DNA of 64,000 nt from positions 992,369 to 1,056,368 of the forward strand of contig JBNZDD010013542.1 of assembly GCA_050575255.1 (NCBI GenBank), read 5' to 3'. The stretch is from Harriotta raleighana (lineage: Eukaryota). A program made the translations under genes and the position numbers. Below the pieces are notes generated by a model. That model worked only from the letters and a program-made list of their open reading frames with translations. It was not told the DNA's origin and made no database searches. Shown in pieces: positions 54,101-64,000 of the stretch (its first letter is position 1; each line of letters opens with the position of its first letter).

Positions 54101-55568
54101 TTTTCGTGATTAGGGAAACAAACTGTCCTCCTATTTCTCTTGCAATACATTTAATCATAAATTCAATGCATATTGTATTTTTTAAAATTGCCTTAATCCG
54201 TACCTTTAATATATCCTATGCATTATATGTAAAATATTTATGACTTGTTGCATGAGCAAAATTTCAATACATTCTTGAAACAACTTTTAAAACATAACAT
54301 CGAAACTTCGAGTTTTTTTAATTATATTTTAAATAATTGGGCTATCTTAAAAAAATTAACAGACACAATATTTGTCCGTAACTGGAACTTGTGACTACTA
54401 ACTGAGTTTACCATGTCACTTCTGATTGTTTGCTTAACTTTACAAGTGTCGAGGTATAAAGAAATAACGTAGCAAATAATTTTGAGCTTCAAGAAAACAT
54501 GATTATCATTCGGTGCCTTGACATTGCTCTTAGTAACAAACATAGATCGTGTAAATATTACAGGGTGTAATTAATTTACATTCAGTATTCTGAAGATGCG
54601 GAATTCATTGATGCAATTTTTGGAATATACGGAAAATCCTTACAAATCGGGAAGACGCCCCAACGCGCTTCAAATGATATACTGTAAAGTGTAGTAACTG
54701 TGAGATGATGGGCGAACGCGACACTCAACTTGCGAACACCAATGTCCCTGGTATAGTCATGAAGTGAACGACTTATTTTTTTCATGGGGGTTGGACTGTT
54801 GTTTTTATACACATACGCGTCAACTGATGAACTTGAGGACAATTCGGTGCCTAAGATATATTCGATGAATATTGTTAGTATTCCCAGACCACAATACCAA
54901 TGGCCATTGAAATATTGCTGGCTATTTTCACTATTTTCTTTACCGAATGACCTAACACGAAACCAAACGCTTAGTAGTTCAGATAAAGATCTATGTAGCC
55001 ATTTAATTATACTCACACACATGTATGTTTCGTTTGCGATAGATATGTAATCTTACACAGCCTGAATATTAAATTGTATTGAATTTGTATTCAGATATGA
55101 TCTATACACACAATTATATGATTTGCGCGCACAGATAGATATAATACATATTCTTTACTTTCCAGTATCTCTAAAGCTGCTTTTGCTTGATACCTTAACT
55201 ATATGATAAAATATACTTTGAAGTTCTCTTTTCAAACACGTTTGCATTGATGAATGGTCTTTCTTTTTGCCTAGGTGGGTTGTTTATATTGGGGGCTTTT
55301 ATGGCAGCCTCTAATGTCTAGAAATCAGTCACATTCAGAACAGAAACACTTCGCCGTTTTGATCTTTTAAAGAGTCGCTTAAATGAGGTTGTAACTTACC
55401 CTGACGAATGGGCCGGCACTATAAATTACCTCAGGTATTAATTTGAACATTGGGATCTTTGTGCTGAAGACAAAGACGATTCAGTGGGATGCCTAACTAC
55501 ATTCACCTTGTTATTACTCCAATTACCGTGTAATCGGTTGTCTCCCTCTCTTCCTCGTTTTCACTCAC

Positions 55569-56307
55569 CTTTTACTTCTTTCTCTGAAATAGTTTTGTCG
55601 ACGCCAACAAACCGCAAAGACGACGCATCTTCTGCGAAGTGGGGCTCCCGTTCGTCTCCATTCTTTGCGGGTTCTCCGTGGCCCAGATCACTGGAAACCG
55701 TCACGCTTGTGTCCTTTTCACCTGGTTTTGAAGAGGTTGACGGTGATAATGTTGGTGGCGCGGCGAAGGAAGGGTTGAAGCAACTACTGGATTGAACCGA
55801 GCATTGCACAGCGAGCGGCTGCAAAGGGTTGTAATCCGTGGGCTTGTTTGATGCATAGGTTGGGTTAGGACGGAAATACCTTGGTACAGAAACTCTACCA
55901 CTGTCACCAGAGCACATTTCCGACAATCTCGCGTAAGAAGACACGCTCGGTTGCGTCTTCGAGTGCTTATCTCCATCTAACAAACAATAGTTCGCTTCCT
56001 CCTTAACGCTGGGCGCGAAAGAACAGGTACTTGTCTGTTGGGGTCGGTCTGCCTGGCTGGAGGGTGGCTGGTTTACCCAACCTACCATCGCTGGCACGTA
56101 GTGATGTGGAGCCAAGCCTATACCTTGTTGGTGATTCATCCCCCCCTGTTTACGCTGTGCAACGCCAACTTGCCAATTCTGTAACCCGTAGCTCTGTTCC
56201 GATCTGAAGGGCAAATAGCCCCCAGAACAGTAAGATTCCGTTCGGTTGGGGCAAATCAAGGAGCTCACTGAAAACGAGCTTGAAGCAGAATTCTCGGAAC
56301 ATGACAT
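55569..56307 (-). CDS. hoxb10: HoxB10 exon 1
   Basis: MSCSENSASSSFSVSSLI, CSFAPSVKEE..CL, VSVPRYFR (PG10 motifs). Donor G|GTGAGT at 55569/55568 is in phase with exon 2. Confidence 0.9.
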
Positions 56308-56329
56308 AGCTGGAGCTTAATTTGGCCGA

Positions 56330-56425
56330 GGAAAAGGGTTATTGTCAAACTGACATTACTCCAGCTCTCATCAAAATTCACTTGCGGACAACTTCCTGTC
56401 AGTCAGCCAATCAGACCCGCGAAAG
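56330..56425 (-). promoter_or_regulatory. HoxB10 proximal promoter
   Basis: TGTCA/TGACA Meis-type sites, ACTTCCTG (Ets-like) and CCAAT 56407-56411 immediately upstream of the ATG. Confidence 0.5.
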
Positions 56426-59400
56426 CCACTGCTGAACCGCCCACATCTTGGTGGTTTGAAAAAGAGTCGAAAATTGATGCATTGGCAATGTTCACTTACA
56501 CCTAGTTATTGTGAATAACATAACCTTATTAATCCTGCTTTAGTAACATGACTCATGCTTTCATGCTTTCACTAACACATGCATATTATTATTTCAATAG
56601 GCAAGATCACTGCTAATGTTTCAATCTCTAAATAAAACAAACCAAGGTTACAATTTACAGTTTCTTTTCACAGAATGGCGACCGGTAAATAGCTACACGA
56701 CTTCTCTGCTTTTTCCTCCCTAATTCCGTTTCACGGCGATCTGAATTGAGAAAATATCCCAAAACCAGGAGCCTTTTTCCATGAGGAAAGTGAGTGAGGA
56801 TTCTGAAGTCTACAATGTCCCATCATTAATCAAAGTCTCACTTGTCTTGCATTGTCTTGTCTTGCAGTTTCTAACACCCCATACTTTAATATCCTAAACG
56901 TTATAAATATATAATTGAATTAAAAGCAATTAACATGTGGTTTTCATTTTCAATCATAGTAATGTTGTGGTTAAGTAACAGTAACAGTTTCCTTTGGGGA
57001 GTGCTCAATGTTATCCACCTCAATCTAGCTCAGAACTTTTAAAACAAAACCCATGTTTGCATTCAGTGAATATATATTCAAAAGATTTATTTTACATTGT
57101 AGAGTGTGCAAAGTCAATCACGCAAATAAATATAGCTGTGACTTCAGACTAAATAATCAAACATCTAATTATGCGAAATGCTGCTCAATAGGTTGATATT
57201 CTTTTGACATGAGAATTATTGATTTTTTAAAAATGATATTCTCATCCTTTTACCCCATTTTCATTCACAATCCCTCATTGTACGCTCTCTCACAACAAGT
57301 GGTCAAGCTTACTTGCCATACTTTATCCTTGATTTTTTTTTCGGTGAAAAATGAGAAAAAAAATCAACAGCTATGTCTATGAATATGCTGACCAGTGTTA
57401 TAAATGTGTAAAGCGCACTTACATACTCGCCAATAAATCCGTGGTTAATTTGTTGATTTCACTGAGAATGAGTATTCGAGCTCCAAGAACCGATAAATAC
57501 AATACATATTTTCTCCAAAAGAGCAAAATCGTAGGCAAACAGTGGTCCCAATGTACCTTGTATTTGCAGAATAATTGCTTGCATATTCTACAAATATTAT
57601 TTAACTTCAACTAATGTTAAATTGACGCGTAGCCAATAACTTAGCTTTCCTTGTGGACTCATACTTCTGGTAAAATAAATTCTGCGATATATGTTCAGAG
57701 AGAAGTGATATTATCCCTTGAAAAAGACCATCTAATACACAGAGCCGCACCAAACCCCCTTCCAAAATCGTACCAAAAGATTTTAACATTTTATCAATTA
57801 ATCATTTGCGCGGGATTTTCCATGTTGTGGATTTTATATATTTCAAGAAAGATTACATCTTGAATGACAGAAAGGAAGTTTTTATTGACGGCTAACGAAC
57901 TGCAGATTTCGGGAAACGGTTGTTTTCATCCTGGATGAAATTGCTTTCCTGACTAAAGCTGAGTCGCAATGTCAGATCATATTTCCAGTGCTCCAAATAG
58001 CAATAATACAAAGGCCTCCGAGATGGATCTATAGTCTGAACTCGGTAAACATCTGCTTTCCGATTATCGGATTAGGATGTAAATGGGATTTGAGATTCCC
58101 CCCTCTACCCCCCCCCACCCACCCCCCCCCCCACCACCACCATCCCCCACACAGACTCCCACTCCCAGGGAAAGAAATGCATGTCCTCAAATGAAAGGAA
58201 TTCGATATGCTTGCCTTCATAACATTTCAAAACTGGATGATATTTGAGTAAGGCAAAGGGAGAAACGACCACATGGGGAGGGCACGCACTGGGGATACAT
58301 TTCTCTCCCAGAACAGTAAGAATTCTGCGTATAATGACTGGTCGGTTGCAGGGGTGAAAATAAACCGCGAATTTGTGTCTTCTGCTCAATACGAGGCCCG
58401 CGAGAAAATGATTTTCAGCTCAGAAGAGAAACAAAGCGATGTCTGTCTGTATGTATGTGCTTCATTTTGTACGCATATGCATTTGTGTGTGTGTGCGCCT
58501 GTATGTGTTGGGGGAGGGGCATTCAGTACATCTATATATGAGGTTTACTAAATCAGTTCTGTACATCCAATCTTTAGAAAGAAGGAATCAATAAAGTACT
58601 CAACTATTTTCCAGAAGGATCTAAACTAAGTACAAATATATTTAGCAAACTGTTGCTATCCCCCAGATAAACAAGAAACCAATGTATATAATCTGAGGGA
58701 ATATAATCATATTATATATAATTATTAACCAAATATTCATATCTGAACCTACATAAATACACGCGCGCGAATTTGTATATAATTTGTATATTACATACAT
58801 TATATATTAAAAGCGGACACATTTTTATTGTATTACAACTGCATGTATAATATTGTGGAAAACATACTCTGTGCAATGCAACAAATAGCAGTGAATTTTT
58901 ACATAGTATATTACGGGAATTATTCAAACAAAATAACCGGGTTATCCAAATTCAATGATAACATTTGATCTCTATTTACCGAATCCATCGTAATTAATTG
59001 TATTTCAACATGAAAATAATTGTGCTTTTCGGACCCTTAATTAAAGGGAGGCTGTTTTAGATCGAGTCAAAATAAATCTGTTAGTATTCTGAAGAGCAAT
59101 AATCAATAATAATCCATTATTAATAATCTTAATAATCCATAGTTTGGAGATGTTCGTTAATAAATGCTCAATCATTGCATTTGATGAAAAGCGCCTAATC
59201 ATCATTCAATATATGTTAGAATACAGGTGATGTATTTTAGCAATACTTGCATTACAAATTTTACAATGAGTTTTCCTGTTTTGAATTGGAACACTTGAAT
59301 TCAATTCAATTTAAAGCCACACGTTTAACAATTTACCCGGAGAATCGACAAGAATTAATGCAACAATCAATAAGTATTTAGGCTATCAATTAACTTGCTG

Positions 59401-62274
59401 TGTAGGTAAAATCCTGGTGGCTCCTTCGTGCGAAATGACCCGTACGCAATGCTGAGTTACTTAAATTAGATTTGATACAATAAATGTGGCAGAAACCACA
59501 CAGAAATAAACCCACACTACTAATTTATGGCGTTTTTTTTGACAATTGCAACGCTTTAAATGAAGATATTTTCCAAAGTGTTGCGTTCAGTTTCGGACAC
59601 ATTTGAAATACGGCTTCTCGACTTCTGAATGGCGATTCCCTGCATTCCAGGGTGCCAACAAACAGGAATCTCAACCAGAACTCCCCCACAGAAACCAGAA
59701 TCAAATATTACTATCTTCCTGGTTCATGTTAAGATACCAGCATAAAACCCGATCTCAATGCAACTAGAATATTCGTCAAATATCCTGATGGAAGTCATTT
59801 CTTTAACAATGAAGGCACGATTTTTGGATTATGCAAAGGGGGCGGCACACAGTCTATGCAACCCCAGATTGTATATTTCAGACCGTACGCGTGTATGGCT
59901 GAAGATATGTACATGTGAGAGTGTTTCTCTGTGTGTACATGAAAATTGGTATATTTGTATTCTGTGGAGAAAATGTGTTTGTTTGTGTGTACAAAAAAGA
60001 AGGTATGACATATTATTTGCCGCAAATGATAATAATTACAATTAAGATGAAGGCACGAATTGGCTTATTTCCTAAAAAAAATCCATCTCTCATTGTATAA
60101 ATGAAGAACAGAGTGAGCAAGAGTATACACACACACGCACACACACAATACAAATTCATCTCTCTCGTGTTAGACTCAGAAGCATTAGTACTTTCATGTT
60201 CAATTCTAATAAATCCGAGTTTGGGGCAGTTTTCTAATAAATGTATAAAATTCAGATGACCTTGTTGGACTATTCACTACCCACCATAGACGGAAGACAA
60301 TGGAACCAAATATTGCATTTAGAAAGCTCCATTTTCTTACACAAACGGTAAACAAAACAATAAAATCAAACACTTCAACAGCAACACAATTATACTTATC
60401 GTACGATATTACCTGTATATTATTTTTACATACGAAACTTTCTATTTCTCTCTCCCCTTCGACCTCTAGCACATATACATATGAACATAAGATTATATTG
60501 ATTTAGAGTCAACATACTTATCAGATAAGCAATAGAATCAGATTATAAATCAGACGATTTCACAAATTAAAAGTGTCAAAATCCATTTTTGTGCTAAATA
60601 ATATAGTCTTTATTTAAATATATAAAAGCGTTTAAATGTTATTCCTTCATTGTTTGTGAATTACCTTTCCCGAATAGAGTATGGGCTCACTTTCCCTCTC
60701 GACTGGTTTGGGAACGAATTGGCAACTCAATAAATAACCATTCAGTTAAAAATTATCGGAATTCGGAGGAGGACAGTTGGATATTCACAAGGTTCACACT
60801 TTGTACTTTTCAAGGTTTGAAACGACAATTTCAGAATCTACGAGGCTTAGGGCAAGAAAGGGGACGCTTTCTTTTTACGAACAACAACATACAATAAATA
60901 CACCACGCCATTCCCAAATTGTCACATGGAAACAAAGAGTTATCTGCAATGTATACCTCTCAATCTGCATCTGAATTAACATGAACTACACCAAGTAGCA
61001 GGTTTGATGATATTCTATCATCAGCTATGACTTTGCTGAAAATGTGAGTAACAATGAATTGACAAGCAAATACGTTCTCCATCGGTTTACATTAGCAAAT
61101 GGATTGAAATTCTCTACATGTTGAAGATGCTACAACATGTTTCGATGAATTGCTGTACCGTTTTATCGCTGTCTCGAAGGCATTAAACAGAGCATTGCTC
61201 CCGAATTGTTTCATTCACATTCTACCCACCGCAGGTAGTTTTAATAACAGTCAACCCATGAACTATAGCCAACCGTTCTTCACAGTTACGAACCGAAAAT
61301 TCCCTTTAAAAAGGAGGCAGGCTCGGCGAAACGACTCGCCAACCCCCTAAAAAATGTTGCAGATTCTTTGAATGATCATCTATATATTTCATACGTTGGT
61401 TTCATTTGATCAAATGCCATGCGCAGAAGGTTAGTAATGTTACTATGTTCCATCTAAAATGTTAATCTGAGGAAACCATAGCCTTACTTCGATTTTTGCA
61501 AGGGAATAAGGGTAACCTTCTGACATCAAGTCTTATCGACCTTCAACCTCTCCCACCCCCACTGTCTTCCTGTGAAGGTCAAGGTATCTTAATTCGGAAA
61601 AAAAAGTTCCATTGGGGAAGCAATTCCATTACCTGCAAATTACCCATTATATAAATACCGACTGATTCAACCGAATTATTCATTTAAAAATTTTTTTGTT
61701 GCAAATATAGCAGCGGTGGCTGAATAATATAGCATTGAGCAGAGGTGGCTGAGTAAATGGTTGAACTCAAAATGCAAAGTACAAATCATCAAGATGATAC
61801 ATTGCAACGTTCAATCACAGTTTGCGCCAGAGCAGTGCATACAAGGTCAAACATTATTCACCAAGTTGCCGAAATAAAACACTTTTACATAACTGTAAGC
61901 CACGTAACCAGTTTAGAGACACAAAAATCTAACCGAATATTTTTTAAGTAATCTGATTTTTAAATAAGGAATTACAAGATTGATATTGGCGCTAGAAACG
62001 CAGATTAATAAATTATTCAAACAAAGGTCACGTTTATAATTATTTTTGCTTGAATTGAAGAACAATCGAACGACTGTGGTTTATTCAACGAATAATGTCG
62101 TCAAAAGATAGATCCGAAAGGTAATGGGGAGAAAATAAAATAAATAACAATAATTCTTCAATTTGATTGAAATCAAACAATCGACGGTTTATTTCGTTAT
62201 TAATAACATTCAATATATTTCAAATTGATGTAAAAAATGTATTGTTTAATATTAATCCTTTTTTCCCCATCAAG

Positions 62275-62346
62275 AATAATAATAATCATCCTTGAATTTA
62301 ATCCTTGAATCCTTGACGTCTTGAAGACGTCTCAAAGCGCTTCACA
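62275..62346 (-). mobile_element. L2/SINE 3' tail with simple-repeat end
   Basis: Reverse complement TGTGAAGCGCTTTGAGACGTCTTCAAGACGTCAAGG..., ending in tandem CAAGGAT and (ATT)n. Confidence 0.7.
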
Positions 62347-62850
62347 GAATATACTGTCCAGGTTTATGTTTTAGTCGAAGTTGAAAAGAATTGTTCGTGT
62401 CATTTCGCCTGCCATCTTACTTGGGATAGGCCTGAATTTAGCACAGTGACCTATTTAAAAATAGTGTTCATGCTGCGTCTGAATTAGGAAGCGAAAAGAA
62501 AATGAAACCCGCAATTAAGTGTAAAATCAAATACATCCCCTTATCATCGATGTATCGATTAATCCTATCGAAGAATCATGTGCTCTCCGAAAACAAAGGC
62601 AGTGACATGTATTATCTAATTCAATTAGGTATAATTATTCGACAATATTCTAATAATTTAGACATACAATAATTGGGTTCATATCAGAATGGCATTTAGA
62701 TAAAAAGTATGTTTAGAAATGACTTATCAATGGCACAGTTCCCGAAATACAGTCCTTAGTCAATAATTTCACACAAAGACCATAATTGGCAACGTGAACT
62801 TGGAATGGCGGATTTATATGATTTCGCTGGTTTCTGTAAATCAAAACATA

Positions 62851-62917
62851 AATAATAATAATACTTAGATTTATATAGTGCTTTCCACATCTTATCGACG
62901 TCCCAAAGCGCTTTACA
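62851..62917 (-). mobile_element. L2/SINE 3' tail with (ATT)n end
   Basis: Reverse complement TGTAAAGCGCTTTGGGACGTCGATAAGATGTGGAAAGCACTATATAAATCTAAGTATTATTATT. Confidence 0.7.
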
Positions 62918-64000
62918 AAATACGTCAACGTCCCAACCTAGGGACCAGAGCAGGTATTTTATACTTTTATACAATACTTTTATAAAACGCTTTGAGATTT
63001 AACTGAGACTTTGGAAAAAAAACTATTTAAAATAACACAAAAAACCTATTCGCAAGAACTCGAATAAAGCACAGATGGATCCTTGCCTCTCTAGATATGC
63101 TGAGAAAATCGATGGTGGAAAATTGAAAAATTCTGGAATTGTTGTTAAGTTTATTGTGAAAATGCTCATTAACCTCTATTTCATTATGTCATAGAGATTT
63201 TCTGCACGTTTTGAAAAAGGGTTTATAATGAATATTTCAAATAAATAAACGGAGTAAATGTTTTATAAAACACACAAAAGACTTTCTTCTGGTTTTTCTT
63301 TACTTTTACTGAAAAAGGAACAAAAATGATACTTGAATGTACATAAAAGAATCTTTTCTATTTCTTACATTGCACAAAGCTGACTCAAACAGAAACTGCA
63401 GTCATCCACAATGACCACTTGATGTCAGTGTTGCCCCACAAACTGAGAGATGGGTATCATGGACTTGAATTGTGATTGCTTTCAGATTAGATCCAAGGCT
63501 GATGAGTTACTTTTAACCCATTTGATATTTTAAAAATATTATCATATATTAACAGCAAAATGTTACTTTCTGCTGATCAATGCAATTTAGAATGTTGCTT
63601 TAACCTAAATATTTTGACGATTTCAGGCATTTATGATTTGCCTCATATACTATCGAACAACGACCATCAACTATTATTAGTTGATGGTCGAAAAGATACT
63701 GATTTCATAAGGAAAATTCTCAATGAGCATCTTTTCATTTTCCCAGAGTTTATCCCAAACTTTAACATAATTTTATAATTCGAGGCATGGTGCTAAAGAG
63801 ATTGCCATCGGGTGTATTTGAAGAGGAAAATACAAAAAAATTGCATTTTAACCTCTTGGAGTTGAAATATTTCCTGAGCATTGTTTGATCATTACTGAAG
63901 TTTTGCTATCTAAGTGGCAGTGATAGACGTTGGCTTTCATATAGTTTTGAGTTACAGTCCAGACAGGTCTGTAAAGAGTCTGGATGCCAGTCTGTGCATT

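Noticed and set aside
56430-64000. Possible HoxB11/B12 pseudogene remnants (e.g. TTCTGGTTTCTG near 59690)
   Set aside because: No ELEKEF or WFQNRR context in any frame. I cannot support a remnant by eye; tBLASTn with PG11/12 proteins would be decisive.

Overview
This is eukaryotic (vertebrate) DNA: the central part of a HoxB cluster, with every gene on the - strand. From low to high coordinates the order is HoxB4, mir-10, HoxB5, HoxB6, HoxB7, HoxB8, HoxB9, mir-196, HoxB10. Each Hox gene has two coding exons split by a phase-1 GT-AG intron between the hexapeptide/NWL region and the homeobox; I read the splice junctions by hand. An intact HoxB10, compact spacing, few repeats and short L2/SINE-type 3' tails suggest a cartilaginous fish, possibly a holocephalan (inference only). 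Regulatory elements I can recognise include the Hox4 intron HB1-like element, a Hox4-upstream DR5 RARE, the Hox6/7 four-cluster-type element, several CTCF motifs and miR-196 target sites in the HoxB8 and HoxB7 3'UTRs. I find no convincing wholly new system. The best leads are: (i) a variant cis miR-196 that mismatches its HoxB8 site, with an AAUAAA 4 nt upstream of that site; (ii) a CTCF motif series inside HoxB; (iii) candidate distal non-coding first exons and a homeodomain-less HoxB5 splice form. The assembly has one N gap, single Ns next to poly-G runs and one probable haplotype-overlap duplication. Most other ORFs in the track look like noise.
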